Positions 9,438 to 22,763 are shown, counted from the first letter of the stretch. The stretch is 64,000 bases of DNA from an uncultured bacterium (GCA_963764045.1 CAVXQW010000003.1:72762-136761); one strand, 5' to 3'. Program-made: numbers and translations. Notes: generated by a model not told the origin, from the sequence alone.

Positions 9438-11030
9438 ATGGCAAAGCGAGTCGTGATCGATCCGATCCCCCGCATCGAAGGGCACCTGCGCATCGAGGTG
9501 GAGCTGGAGAACGGCAAGGTGAAGGACGCCTGGAGCTCCGGGACCCTGTTCCGCGGCTTCGAGATCATCCTGCAGGGGAGGGATCCGCGCGACGCCTGGT
9601 TCATCACCCAGCGGATCTGCGGCGTCTGCCCCGTCTCCCACGGTCACACCAGTTCCATGGGGCTGGAAAAGGCGTTCAACGTGACGCCCCCCGACAACGC
9701 GCGGATCGTCCGGAACCTGATCGAGGGGGCGCAGTTCGTCCACTCCCACATCCTCTGGTTTTATCACCTGAACGCTCTCGACTACGTCGACGTCGTCTCC
9801 GCCCTCCAGGCCAAGCCGAAGGAGAAGTCCCTCCAGGAAGTGCAGGCGAGGTTGAAAAAATTCGTGGAGAGCGGGCAGCTCGGTCCGTTCGCCAACGGCT
9901 ATTGGGGACACCCCGAATACAAGCTGCCCCCGGACCTCAACCTCCTCGCGGTGGCCCACTATCTGGAGGCCCTCGAGATGCAGAAGGAGGCGTCCGTGAT
10001 CGTCGCCCAGCTCGGCGGGAAGATGCCGATGCACATGAGCACACCCCCGGGAGGAACGACTTTCACCCCCACCGTCGAGGTGATGGACAACGTCATCTGG
10101 CGGCTGAAGAGACTTCAGAACTGGGTGGATACCGTCTTCCTCTCCGATGTTCTCGCGATCGCGCCGTACTACATCAAGTACGCGGGGATCGGGAAGGGCG
10201 TGGGGAACTACCTCTCCTGGGGCGTTTTCGAAGACCCTTCCTTCGATCCGAAGAAGCGGCTCCTTCCGCGCGGCGCGATCTTCGACGGCAAGCTCGCCGT
10301 GGCCGACGTCGACGGGAAGGACGTCACGGAGTACGTCGATTCCTCCTGGTTCACCGCCGAGTGCGGGAACCGGAGCCCGATGGAGGGGAAGACGGAACCG
10401 AAGTTCACGAAGATGGGGGACACGAAGTATTCGTGGATCAAGGCTCCTCGAATCAAGGACCACCCGATGGAGGTGGGCGCCCTCTCGCGGGTGCTGGTCG
10501 CCTACGTGTCGGGGAACGCCAAGGTCAAGTCGATGGTGGACGGGACGCTGTCGGCACTGGGCCAGGCGGGGCACCCCGAGGTGCTCCTGTCGGTGCTGGG
10601 CCGGATCGCCGCGCGCGCTCTCGAGACGAAGCTGGTGATCGACGGGATGCTGGACTGGACCGGGGAACTCCTCGCGAACCTCAAGGCGGGGAAGACGCAG
10701 ACGTATGCGCTGAACGACGTCCCCGAGAAAGGGCAGGGGATGGGGTTGTGGGAGGCCCCCCGCGGGGCGCTCGCCCACTACAACGTGATCGAGGGGAAGA
10801 AGCTGAAAAACTACCAGTGCGTGGTGCCCACCACCTGGAACGCCTCGCCGCGGGACCACAAGGGGGTTCGAGGTCCGATCGAGGAGGCGCTGGTGGGGAC
10901 TCCGGTGCTGAATCCCGACAAGCCGCTGGAGGTGCTGCGCGTGGTCCACTCCTTCGACCCGTGCATCGCCTGCGCAGTGCACATCATCCACCCGGTCACG
11001 AACGAAGTGAAGGCGTTCCGGGTCGTCTGA
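9438..11030 (+). CDS. [NiFe] hydrogenase large subunit
   Basis: ATG 9438 (MAKRVVIDPIPRIEGH) lies inside ORF 8892..11030. It has RICGVCPVSH near the N-terminus and DPCIACAVH near the C-terminus, followed by a 15-aa tail that would be the protease substrate. Confidence 0.95.
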   Translation: MAKRVVIDPIPRIEGHLRIEVELENGKVKDAWSSGTLFRGFEIILQGRDPRDAWFITQRICGVCPVSHGHTSSMGLEKAFNVTPPDNARIVRNLIEGAQFVHSHILWFYHLNALDYVDVVSALQAKPKEKSLQEVQARLKKFVESGQLGPFANGYWGHPEYKLPPDLNLLAVAHYLEALEMQKEASVIVAQLGGKMPMHMSTPPGGTTFTPTVEVMDNVIWRLKRLQNWVDTVFLSDVLAIAPYYIKYAGIGKGVGNYLSWGVFEDPSFDPKKRLLPRGAIFDGKLAVADVDGKDVTEYVDSSWFTAECGNRSPMEGKTEPKFTKMGDTKYSWIKAPRIKDHPMEVGALSRVLVAYVSGNAKVKSMVDGTLSALGQAGHPEVLLSVLGRIAARALETKLVIDGMLDWTGELLANLKAGKTQTYALNDVPEKGQGMGLWEAPRGALAHYNVIEGKKLKNYQCVVPTTWNASPRDHKGVRGPIEEALVGTPVLNPDKPLEVLRVVHSFDPCIACAVHIIHPVTNEVKAFRVV

Positions 11031-11170
11031 CCATACACCCCACTCCCGGATGAAGTACGCTCCCTGGGGTACCCCGGGCTCGGGATGAGAAGCACAACGC
11101 TGTAGACATGCCCGTATCCCCCGCCGTAGAAGATGGCGGGTGGGAAATGCGGGGAGGGGCAGGGGGGACG

Positions 11171-11789
11171 ATGATGGCGGAAGAGCGGTACTACAAGCAC
11201 GACGGGTTCGAGCGCTTCACCCACTGGACCCACACCCTCGACACGGTGATCCTGGTCCTTTCGGGGATGCAGATCCACTACCCGGGGTTCTGCCGTCTTC
11301 GGGGCGATGCAGAACGCCCGGTTCCTCCACCTGGTCTCCGCGTACCTCTTCGTTGCCATCGGGGTATACCACACGTATATTTTCTTCGCCCTCGGCAAGC
11401 ACCGGATCGCCATGCCGGGACTCTTCGACTTCTCGGAGGTGGGACCGATCCTGAAGTACTATCTCCACATCAGCCGCGAGAAGCCGGCGTACGAGAAGTA
11501 CAACGTCCTGCAGAAGTACGGCTACTTCCTGCTGTTCGCGGTCTCCATCCTCCAGGTTCTCCTTGGGTTCGCCCTCTATCCCTTCTTCCTTCCGGGGGTG
11601 TTCTCCTTCGTGTTCGCGATCTTCGGCGACGCGGTGCAGATCCGCATCTGGCACACCACGATCATGTGGCTGTTCATCGCCTTCACGGCGCTGCACGTCT
11701 ACCTGGTCGTGACGGAGGACCGGCGGATGATCAAGGCGATGATCGACGGGTACTACTTCCGGAAGACGCCGGGGGCGACGGAAGGATAA
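11171..11789 (+). CDS. Ni/Fe-hydrogenase b-type cytochrome subunit (HyaC-like) with a frame break near 11290
   Basis: The N-terminus MMAEERYYKHDGFERFTHWTHTLDTVILVLSGMQIHYPGF is in the ORF 11108 frame. The remainder (AVFGAMQNARFLHLVSAY...) is in the ORF 11307..11789 frame. It has multiple TM segments with conserved His residues. Confidence 0.8.
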
Positions 11790-11865
11790 CCGGAGGATAA
11801 CAAGCCAGGCCTTAGCGCCGCGTTTCATAAACACAGCGAAACACATATATTGGGTATTCAGACTC

Positions 11866-11990
11866 CGGGCTCGCGGGGCGGCTTCCACTCCGCTACGCTC
11901 GCGACCTTCGACCGCTCGCTGCGATTCCGCTCGACGCAATCCTTGCCTCGCTCCATACGCCGCTGCGTGGAACCCCCCCGCTCCGCCCTG
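11866..11990 (+). repeat. Long imperfect palindromic intergenic element
   Basis: The outer arms CGGGCTCGCGGGGCGGCTTCCAC and GTGGAACCCCCCCGCTCCGCCCTG are imperfectly complementary. They enclose about 80 nt of CGCT-rich sequence. Confidence 0.45.
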
Positions 11991-11997
11991 CGTCTAC

Positions 11998-14736
11998 GTG
12001 GCAGTATTTATCGGGGGGGTACTTAGCGCCCGTCGCGGCCTGATTCTTTTCCGTGGTAACGTACCCTCGAACGGATCGATCCGTACGGGGGGTGACGTCC
12101 TGGCTGCGCGCCGGAAATCGGAGACGTTGAGCACCGGCCTGCCCGGCCTCGACCGGGTCTTCACTGGGATCCTGCCGGGCGACAACATCGTCTGGCAGGT
12201 GGATGTCGTCGAGGATTACCGCCCCTTCGTCGACCCGTTCGTCCGCGACGCGATCGCCCGCGGAAAACGGCTCGTCTATTTCCGCTTCGCCCGCCATCCC
12301 GAGCTTGTCCCCAGGGGGATCGGCGCGGAGATCCACACCCTGCACCCCGAAGTTGGTTTCGAAACGTTCACCGCCCGGATCCACAAGGTGATCGAGGAGG
12401 CGGGCCGCGGCGCCTTCTACGTCTTCGACTGTCTCTCGGACCTCGCCGCCGACTGGTACAGCGACCTGATGCTTGGAAACTTCTTCATGGTCACCTGCCC
12501 ATACCTGTACGATCTCGATACGGTGACCTACTTCGCCCTGCTGCGGGACGGGCACTCGTTCGACGCCGTCTCATCGATCCGCGGCACGACGCAGTTGCTG
12601 ATCGACGTCTTCCGTCATAAGGATCGCATCTACGTCCACCCGTTGAAGGTGGACCGGCGTTCCTCCCCGACGATGTATCTCCCTCACGTCCGGGACGGGA
12701 AAACGTTCCGCCCCCTTACCGAGAGCGCGGTTCTCTCCGAGGTGCTGGAGGATCTCTCGAAGCGGCGCGTGGACGCCGTTTCGCGCACGCTGGACATCTG
12801 GGACCGGAAACTTCTCCAGGCGCGGGAGGTCATTGACGAGGTTCGGCTCGGCGAGCGTCCCGGTGGGGAGGCCCAGGAGATCTTCGGGCGGCTTCTCCGT
12901 ATGATGGTCACCCGCGACGAGCGGCTGGTGGCCCTCGCCTCCCGGTGGTTCGATCTCGACGACCTGCTCTCCCTTCGGAAGCGGATGATCGGCACGGGAC
13001 TTATCGGCGGGAAGTCGGTCGGGATGCTCCTCGCCCGCGCGATCCTCTGCAAGACGGACCCTCGCTGGAGGGACCGGCTGGAGACGCACGACTCGTTCTA
13101 CATCGGCTCCGACGTCTTCTATACGTTCCTCGTCCGCAACGGATGTTGGCGGGCGCGGCGCGGCCAGCGCAACTCCGACACTTTCATGGACGGGGCGGAG
13201 GTGGCGAGGGGGCGGATCCTGGGGGGCACCTTCCCGGGATTCCTCCAGGAGCAGTTCGTGGCGATGCTCGAGTATTTCGGCCAGTCTCCGATCATCGTCC
13301 GTTCGAGCTCGCTCCTCGAGGACAGCTTCGGTAACGCCTTCACGGGGAAGTACGACAGTGTCTTCTGCCCGAACCAGGGGTCGCCGCAGGAGCGCCTCGA
13401 AGCGTTCCTTTCGGCGGTTCGAACCGTGTACGCCAGCACGATGAGTCCCGAGGCGCTTCTCTACCGGTCGCACCGGGGGCTGATCGACCGGGACGAGCAG
13501 ATGGCGATCCTCGTCCAGCGTGTGTCGGGGGCGGTCCACGGACACCTGTTCTACCCGCAGGTGGCGGGGGTCGGTCTGTCGTACAACCCATACGTCTGGA
13601 GCGAGCAGATCGACCCCGAGGCAGGGGTGTTGCGCCTGGTCTTCGGGCTGGGGACCCGTGCGGTCGACCGGTCCGACGACGACTACACACGCCTGGTGGC
13701 GCTGAACGCGCCGCAGCGCCGCCCCGACGCGGAACGATCCGGCTCCCCGGCCTTTTCCCAGCGCCGGGTGGACCTCCTCGACCTGCGGACGAACCGGTTC
13801 GCGTCGGAGAGGATCGACGCCGTGGTGCGGGCCTCCCCCGACCTGCCGATCGATCTCTACGCCGTGCGCCGGAACGCCCATCCGCGCGGTGCGGGAGATT
13901 CTCCCCGTCCGTCCGACGAAGGATGGGTCCTCGCGTTCGGGAAACTCCTTTCGGAGACGCCGTTCGTCCCGTACCTGCGGGAGATGCTGGGGATTCTCCG
14001 GGATGCCTACGAATATCCGGTGGATACCGAGTTCACGGCGAATTTCCTTCCGGACGGGCGGTGCCTCGTAAACCTCGTGCAATGCCGACCGCTGCAAGTG
14101 AAGGAGGGGGGAAACATCGTCGACCCACCGAAGCGGATCCCGCGTAACGCCCTCCTGCTCGAGTCGCGCGGGCCCATCATCGGGCAAAGCTCCCTGTCCC
14201 GCCCTGATCGCGTGATCTTCGTCGACCCCGTTGCATACTCGGCGCTCCCACAGAGGGATCGCCCCTCCATTGGCCGCCTCATCGGCAGGATCGTCCATCT
14301 CCCTTCGGATGGGAGTCCCAGGAACACCCTGCTGCTGGGCCCAGGGCGCTGGGGGACGAGCACGCCGTCCCTGGGGGTGCCGGTGTCGTTCGCCGAGATC
14401 GATACGGTATCGACGATCTGCGAGATCATCGGGGTGGGAATGCCGGTGGTCCCCGACGTATCGCTCGGGACCCACTTTTTCAACGACATGGTCGAGGCGA
14501 ACATGCTGTACTTCGCGGTCCGCCCGACGCGGCGCGGGGATTTCCTGAATCTGAAGTTCCTCGCGGCCGCCCGGAACCGCCTTGCCGAACTTCTCCCTGA
14601 CGATGCGGAGTGGGCGGGGGTCGTCCGTGTCATCGATTTCCCATGCGCGGGAGACGGGCGGCTTCCGTACCTGAACGCCAACTCCTTCCGCCAGCGCGTC
14701 GTCTGCTACTTGGCCCCCGCGGGAAAGAAAACGTAA
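11998..14736 (+). CDS. PEP/pyruvate-binding (PPDK N-terminal ATP-grasp type) protein with a P-loop-less KaiC/RecA-like N-domain
   Basis: ORF 11998..14736. The N-domain reads TGLPGLDRVFTGILPGDNIVWQVD with no GxxGxGKT, and has a Walker-B-like FYVFDCLSDL. The middle has LIGGKSVGMLLA and IIVRSSSLLEDSFGNAFTGKYDS, typical of the PPDK_N/PEP synthase nucleotide domain. The true start is probably downstream of 11998, which lies in the repeat. Confidence 0.7.
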   Translation: MAVFIGGVLSARRGLILFRGNVPSNGSIRTGGDVLAARRKSETLSTGLPGLDRVFTGILPGDNIVWQVDVVEDYRPFVDPFVRDAIARGKRLVYFRFARHPELVPRGIGAEIHTLHPEVGFETFTARIHKVIEEAGRGAFYVFDCLSDLAADWYSDLMLGNFFMVTCPYLYDLDTVTYFALLRDGHSFDAVSSIRGTTQLLIDVFRHKDRIYVHPLKVDRRSSPTMYLPHVRDGKTFRPLTESAVLSEVLEDLSKRRVDAVSRTLDIWDRKLLQAREVIDEVRLGERPGGEAQEIFGRLLRMMVTRDERLVALASRWFDLDDLLSLRKRMIGTGLIGGKSVGMLLARAILCKTDPRWRDRLETHDSFYIGSDVFYTFLVRNGCWRARRGQRNSDTFMDGAEVARGRILGGTFPGFLQEQFVAMLEYFGQSPIIVRSSSLLEDSFGNAFTGKYDSVFCPNQGSPQERLEAFLSAVRTVYASTMSPEALLYRSHRGLIDRDEQMAILVQRVSGAVHGHLFYPQVAGVGLSYNPYVWSEQIDPEAGVLRLVFGLGTRAVDRSDDDYTRLVALNAPQRRPDAERSGSPAFSQRRVDLLDLRTNRFASERIDAVVRASPDLPIDLYAVRRNAHPRGAGDSPRPSDEGWVLAFGKLLSETPFVPYLREMLGILRDAYEYPVDTEFTANFLPDGRCLVNLVQCRPLQVKEGGNIVDPPKRIPRNALLLESRGPIIGQSSLSRPDRVIFVDPVAYSALPQRDRPSIGRLIGRIVHLPSDGSPRNTLLLGPGRWGTSTPSLGVPVSFAEIDTVSTICEIIGVGMPVVPDVSLGTHFFNDMVEANMLYFAVRPTRRGDFLNLKFLAAARNRLAELLPDDAEWAGVVRVIDFPCAGDGRLPYLNANSFRQRVVCYLAPAGKKT

Positions 14737-14741
14737 CGAGG

Positions 14742-14811
14742 GGCTGCGCCGCCTCGGAGGGCGGGGCTCCGTTCGTGGCTCGAAGTGCGCTCCCTGAGCG
14801 GTACCCCCGCA
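14742..14811 (+). repeat. Family 1 repeat, copy B (5' half only), fused to a reverse-oriented family 2 unit
   Basis: GGCTGCGCCGCCTCGGAGGGCGGGGCTCCGTTCGTGGCTCG is followed by AAGTGCGCTCCCTGAGCGGTACCCCCGCAG, the reverse complement of the GCGGGGGTACC... family. Confidence 0.75.
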
Positions 14812-14847
14812 GTTGGAGATCGGGGGGACCCGCCGTTGAATGCATCG

Positions 14848-17353
<2,506 letters not shown>

Positions 17354-17383
17354 CCGCGCTGATCGGACGCGGAAATGCATTCC

Positions 17384-17414
17384 CCGGGGGGGGCTCCTGC
17401 CCCCCCCGGTTTTT
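17384..17414 (+). terminator. Rho-independent terminator after gdhA
   Basis: CCGGGGGGGG - CTCCTG - CCCCCCCCGG is followed by TTTTT, a perfect 10-bp G/C stem plus a T-run, 31 nt after the gdhA stop. Confidence 0.8.
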
Positions 17415-17419
17415 CTACT

Positions 17420-17455
17420 GCGGGGGTACCTCAGAGGCGCGACGCTCTTATTGGG
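17420..17455 (+). repeat. Family 2 repeat, divergent copy
   Basis: GCGGGGGTACCTCAGAGGCGCGACGCTCTTATTGGG aligns with the 31335-31371 copy at roughly three quarters of positions. Confidence 0.5.
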
Positions 17456-17614
17456 CGGGGGGCATCCACTCGAGGTACCCCGATAATCAGTGCCATATAC
17501 GTTTTCCGGCATGGAAGCCCCACTTGGACATCTTTTGGGGGATGCGTTACATTGGACGGGGATCGTCTTTCCCGGCCCGTTTCGGGCCGATGGCATGAAA
17601 ACGGAGGGCCCCCG

Positions 17615-18250
17615 ATGCTCGTCGGAAAAAGGATGACGCGGAACCCGAAAACGGTGTCTCCGGACGACCCGCTGTCGCTCGCCGCGGGGATCCTTCGGGA
17701 GCACCGGTTCCATCACCTTCCGGTGGTCGAGGGCGGGAGCCTTGTCGGAATCCTGTCCGACACGGACCTGCGGAACGCCTCGTATTCCGCGATGCCCGTG
17801 GAAGGGGGACGGGAACCGGCGGGGGACCGGCCGGTCCGCGAGGCGATGCGGACGATGGTCTGGTCCGTCACCCCCGACGATTCGATCGAGGACGCGCTCC
17901 TCATCCTCACCCGGGAAAAGTTCGGCGCTCTCCCGGTCCTCTCCGGGGACCGCCTGGTGGGGATCATCACGAGAGCGGACCTGCTGAACGCCTTCGTCGA
18001 CCTCCTCGACGTGAACGGGGTCTGCTTTTGCGTGGATATCACCTTTCCCCGGAACATGGCGCGGTTCGAGGAACTGATCGATACGATCTCGGGGATGGGT
18101 GTCGAGGTCCGCAGTGCCCTGATCGCTCCGCAGGGCGAGATCGGGGCGCTGAACGCCCACCTGCGGGTCGCCACGATCGACGGCCCGGCGGTCCGCCGGG
18201 TTCTGCGCGAGAAAGGATTCGTGATCGCCGAGCAGGTCTCCCGTCTCTGA
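17615..18250 (+). CDS. CBS-pair domain protein with an ACT-like C-terminus (AcuB-like)
   Basis: The ORF 17375..18250 frame, with ATG 17615 (MLVGKRMTRNPKTVSPDD). It has two CBS repeats (HRFHHLPVVEGGSLVGILSDTDL; KFGALPVLSGDRLVGIITRADL). Confidence 0.8.
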   Translation: MLVGKRMTRNPKTVSPDDPLSLAAGILREHRFHHLPVVEGGSLVGILSDTDLRNASYSAMPVEGGREPAGDRPVREAMRTMVWSVTPDDSIEDALLILTREKFGALPVLSGDRLVGIITRADLLNAFVDLLDVNGVCFCVDITFPRNMARFEELIDTISGMGVEVRSALIAPQGEIGALNAHLRVATIDGPAVRRVLREKGFVIAEQVSRL

Positions 18251-18299
18251 ACTTCTTCCCCCTTTCCGGCATCGAAACGGAAAGGGAGGAGGAAGTTCG

Positions 18300-19301
18300 A
18301 TGGAAGAGGAATCCCCATCTTCCGGCCGGTGCGAGGTGGGCGCCGCCGACAGGTCGGACGTCGAGCTGCTGGACGCGTACTCCCGCGCCGTCACCACGGT
18401 GGTGGAGGCGGTGGGGCCCGCGGTGGTCAGCATTTCGGTGGGCCGTGAATCGGCGGACGGGAACGGAGTGGAGCCGATGGGAGCCGGCTCCGGGATCCTG
18501 CTGACGCCCGACGGCTACGTCCTTACCAATCACCACGTGGTCCGGGAAGCGAACCGCGTGCGGCTGACGCTGACGGACGGCGCGCGCCTCGGCGCGGTCC
18601 CGGTCGGTTCGGACCCGCCGAACGACCTCGCGGTGGTCCGCGCGGACGGCTCCGGGCTTCCGTACGCCTGCGCTGGGCGACTCCGCGGCCCTCAAGGTGG
18701 GGCAACTGGTGATCGCCATCGGCAATCCGTTCGGGTTCCAGTCGAGCGTCTCCACCGGCGTGGTGAGCGCCACGGGACGCGGGATGCGAAGCATCGACCG
18801 GCGGCTCATCGAGAACGTGATCCAGCACACCGCCCCCCTGAATCCCGGCAACTCCGGGGGGCCGCTGGTCGATTCGAGGGGGCGGGTCGTGGGGATCAAC
18901 ACGGCGATCATCGCGGCGGCGCAGGGGCTCGGTTTCGCGGTGCCCTCGAACACGGCGCGCCACGTGGTGTCGCAGATTCTCGCGCACGGGAGGGTGCGCA
19001 GGGGGTACCTCGGGATCGGCGGGCGGCAGAGGCCCCTGTCGAGGCGGATGGTGCGGTACTTCGGACTGCCGCGGGAGTCGGGGGTCGAGGTGGTTTCGCT
19101 CGACCCGAAAGGGCCGGCGGGAGGCTCCGGAATCCGGCCGGGCGACATCGTGGTCGGGATGAACGGCCACCCGGTCGAGAGCGTCGACGACCTTCACCGC
19201 CTGTTTCGGAGGTGGTGCCCGGGGAACCGGCTCGGCTCGACGTGCTGCGCGGAACGGAGCGGAAGACCGTGGACGTGGTGATCGCGGAGGAGGCGGCGTA
19301 A
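18300..19301 (+). CDS. HtrA/DegP-family serine protease with a PDZ domain and two frame breaks (about 18669 and 19203)
   Basis: The catalytic triad context is TNHHVV, NDLAVV (ORF 18300 frame) and GNSGGPL (ORF 18697 frame). The PDZ domain is [29 protein letters not shown]. The tail [24 protein letters not shown] returns to the first frame. Confidence 0.85.
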   Translation: MEEESPSSGRCEVGAADRSDVELLDAYSRAVTTVVEAVGPAVVSISVGRESADGNGVEPMGAGSGILLTPDGYVLTNHHVVREANRVRLTLTDGARLGAVPVGSDPPNDLAVVRADGSGLPYACAGRLRGPQGGATGDRHRQSVRVPVERLHRRGERHGTRDAKHRPAAHRERDPAHRPPESRQLRGAAGRFEGAGRGDQHGDHRGGAGARFRGALEHGAPRGVADSRAREGAQGVPRDRRAAEAPVEADGAVLRTAAGVGGRGGFARPERAGGRLRNPAGRHRGRDERPPGRERRRPSPPVSEVVPGEPARLDVLRGTERKTVDVVIAEEAA

Positions 19302-19348
19302 GCAACCCTGGTCGGGAAAGGCCTCCGCCGCCTCGTCGGGCCGCCGCG

Positions 19349-22124
19349 TCACCCCTTCCCGATCAACCGCCGAAGCACGTACGGCAGGATGCCGCCGTGG
19401 CGGTAATAGTGCACCTCGGCGGGCGTGTCGATCCGCGCCAGCGCCGGGAATGCCCGTTCGCCCCCCTCGCCGGAAACGCGCACCGTCAGCGGCATCCGGG
19501 GCGTGATCTCCCCGGCGATCCCCTCGATGGCGTAGATTTCCTTGCCCGTCAGGCCGAGGGACTCCCGGGTGGCCCCGTCCACGAACTGGAGCGGAAGGAT
19601 TCCCATCCCGACGAGGTTGCTGCGGTGGATCCGCTCGAAGCTCTCCGCGATCACCGCGCGAACCCCCAGCAACCGCGGCCCCTTTGCCGCCCAGTCGCGC
19701 GACGAGCCGGAGCCGTACTCCTTCCCGGCGAGGATGATCAGCGGGGTCCCGTTCCCGGCGTACCGCATCGCCGCGTCGTAGATCGTCGTCTTTTCGCCGC
19801 CCGGCGGGTACGTGGTCCAGCCGCCTTCCGTTCCCGGCGCGAGGAGGTTCTTCAGCCGGATGTTGGCGAAGGTGCCCCGCATCATGACTTCGTGATTTCC
19901 CCGACGGCTTCCGTAGGAGTTGAACTCCTCTTTCGGGATGCCGTGGTCTTTCAGGTACGCTCCCGCGGGGCTGTCCTCGGCGATGTCCCCGGCGGGGGAG
20001 ATGTGATCCGTCGTCACCGAGTCGCCGAGCACCGCGAGGACCCGCGCGCCGCGGATCTCCGCGACCGGTTCCGGCTCCGCCGGCAGGTTCTCGAAGAACG
20101 GCGGGTTCTTGACATAGGTGGAGGACGGCACCCACGCGAAACACTCCGACTTCGGGACGGGGAGTTTTTTCCATGCCTCGTCTCCGGCGAAGACGGAAGC
20201 GTACTCCTTGCGGAACATCTCCGGTTCGACCGCGGTCCGCACCGCCTCGGTGATCTCCCCCGGCGACGGCCAGATTTCGTGGAGGAAGACCGGCTTTCCG
20301 TTTTTGTCGTTGCCCAGCGGCTCGGTGTACGGGTCGAAGTCGACGTCCCCGGCGAGAGCGTACGCCACCACGAGCATCGGGGAGGCGAGGTAGTTCGCCC
20401 GGCACAGCGGGTGGATCCGTCCCTCGAAGTTCCGGTTCCCCGACAGGACCGACGCAGCGACCAGGTTTCCGCGTTGGATCGTTTCCGCGACCGCTTCGGG
20501 GAGGGGCCCGGAATTCCCGATGCAGGTGGTGCACCCGTATCCGACGAGGTGGAACCCGAGCGCCTGCAGGTACGGCGTCAGCCCCGCGCGATCGAGGTAT
20601 TGCGTCACCACCTTCGACCCCGGGGCGAGGCTTGTCTTCACCCAGGGGCGCGTCCGCAGCCCCTTTTCGACCGCCTTCTTCGCCACCAGGCCCGCGCCGA
20701 TCATCACGGAGGGGTTGGAAGTGTTCGTGCAGCTCGTGATGGCGGCGATCACCACCGAGCCGTCGTGCAGGTCGAACACCCCCTGGTCGAGCCGCACCGA
20801 CGTCGATCCGGGCGCCCAGGCCCCCGGTCTCCGGAGCGGAGATTTCTCCGGCGACGCGGCCGCCCTCCCCCATCCAGCGGTCCGCGGCGTCGTTCGCAGC
20901 TTCACTCCGCGCTTCCTTCCCCCACGTGGAAAGGGCCTTGCGGAACGCGTCCCGTGCGTCCTTGAGCGGAACGCGGTCCTGCGGCCGGCGCGGTCCCGCC
21001 ATGCAAGGCTCCACGGTGGATAGATCCAGCGAAAGGGTGTCGGAGAATGCCGGGTCGCGGGAGTCGTCCGTCCGGAAGAGCCCCTGCGCCTTGCAGTACG
21101 CCTCCACGATCTTCACCTGCCCCCGGTCCCTGCCGGTGAAGAGAAGGTAGGCGAGCGTCTCCCGGTCGACGGGGAAGAAGCCGATCGTCGCGCCGTACTC
21201 CGGCGACATGTTCGAGATCGTCGCCCGGTCGGCCACGGAGAGGGAGGAGAGCCCCTTCCCGAAGAACTCGACGAACTTCCCCACCACGCCCTTCTTCCGC
21301 AGCATCTGGACGACGGTGAGGACGAGGTCGGTCGCGGTCGCCCCGACGGGGAGCTCCCCGGTCATCCGGAACCCCACCACCTCGGGGATGAGCATCGAGA
21401 TCGGCTGGCCGAGCATCGCCGCCTCCGCCTCGATCCCGCCCACGCCCCACCCCACCACGCCCAGTCCGTTGATCATCGGTGTATGGGAGTCGGTTCCCAC
21501 GAGGGTGTCCGGATACGCCAGCGTGCCGGAGCGGTCTTTTCGCGTGAAGACGACGGGGGCGAGGTGCTCCAGATTCACCTGGTGGCAGATCCCGGTTCCG
21601 GGCGGGACGACGCGGAAGTTGCGGAACGACTCCTTCCCCCACCGCAGGAACGCGTAGCGCTCCCCGTTGCGCCCGTATTCCCTCGCCACGTTGTCGGGAA
21701 AGGCGGTCGCGGCGGCGAACCGGTCCACCTGCACGGAGTGGTCGATCACGAGGTCCGCCGGCATCAGCGGATTGATCCGCTTCGGGTCCCCGCCCATCCG
21801 CTTCGCCGCGTCGCGCATCGCCGCCAGATCGACCAGCGCGGGGACGCCGGTGAAATCCTGCAGGAGCACGCGTGCCGGCCGGAAGGCGATCTCGCGGTCC
21901 GACGGCACCGAAGGCGACCAGTTCGCGAGCGCCCGGATATCGTCAGCCGTGACCGTGTCGCCGTCCTCGTGGCGCAGGAGGTTTTCGAGGAGGACCTTGA
22001 TGGAGAAGGGGAGGCGGGAGATCTTGGCGACGCGGTGCTTCTCGAGCGCCTCAAGGCGGAAGATCCCGAAGGGGTGTCCGCCGATGGTCTTTTTCGAACG
22101 GGTACCGAAACTGTCCGGATGCAT
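19349..22124 (-). CDS. acnA: Aconitate hydratase A with one frame break near 20800
   Basis: The N-terminal part is in the ORF 19194..22823 frame from ATG 22124 ([12 protein letters not shown]...[14 protein letters not shown]). The C-terminal part is ORF 19349..20905 ([12 protein letters not shown]...[11 protein letters not shown]). Confidence 0.9.
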
Positions 22125-22193
22125 GGCGTCCCGACCTCCCGCGCGGTATCGTTGATCCAAGGATTCGATGATACCACTCATCAGGAGGTTCCG

Positions 22194-22763
22194 ATCGACG
22201 CCCTGACGCTTCTCGGGATCGCGGTGGGGCTGGCCATGGACGCCTTCGCCGTGGCGATCGCCACGGGGATCGCGCTCGGGAAGGTTTCCGCTCGGCAAAC
22301 CTTCCGCCTCGCCTTCCACTTCGGCCTCTTCCAGTTCCTGATGCCCGTGATCGGGTACCTCGCGGGGATGAGCGTGGAGCAGTACATCAAGGGGTACGAT
22401 TCCTGGCTTGCCTTCGTCCTGCTCGGTTACATCGGCGGAAAGATGGTGTATCAAGGAGGTTGGGGGAACGGGGAGGAGGGACCCGGGGGGAAGGATCCGA
22501 CGCGCGGGATCTCCCTGGTCGTTCTTTCCGTGGCGACCAGCATCGACGCACTGGCGGTGGGGATCAGCCTCGGCGTGCTCCACAACGAGGCGATCGTCTA
22601 CCCGGGGGTCGTGATCGGGATCGTTGCCTGTACCTTCACCGCCGCGGGCCTCCATCTCGGCAAGCGCCTGGGAACCGTCTTCGGCAAGCGGATGGAGGTC
22701 GTAGGGGGACTCGTCCTCGTCGCCATCGGCGTGAAGATCCTGTTCGACCATTACCAGGGGTGA
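22194..22763 (+). CDS. mntP: Manganese efflux pump MntP
   Basis: The 3' part of the ORF 21483..22763 frame reads [20 protein letters not shown] ... [11 protein letters not shown] (duplicated DUF204 halves). AGGAGG lies at 22184-22189. The start is uncertain: in-frame ATG 22119 or a non-ATG start near 22194-22203. Confidence 0.75.
   Translation: MDALTLLGIAVGLAMDAFAVAIATGIALGKVSARQTFRLAFHFGLFQFLMPVIGYLAGMSVEQYIKGYDSWLAFVLLGYIGGKMVYQGGWGNGEEGPGGKDPTRGISLVVLSVATSIDALAVGISLGVLHNEAIVYPGVVIGIVACTFTAAGLHLGKRLGTVFGKRMEVVGGLVLVAIGVKILFDHYQG

Noticed and set aside
10960-11030. A possible selenocysteine ([NiFeSe]) hydrogenase large subunit.
   Set aside because: The C-terminal nickel motif is DPCIACAVH, with ordinary Cys codons and no in-frame TGA.
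22125-22193. A manganese (yybP-ykoY) riboswitch upstream of mntP.
   Set aside because: Only about 70 nt separate mntP from the divergent acnA start. I could not see the conserved four-way junction sequence elements.
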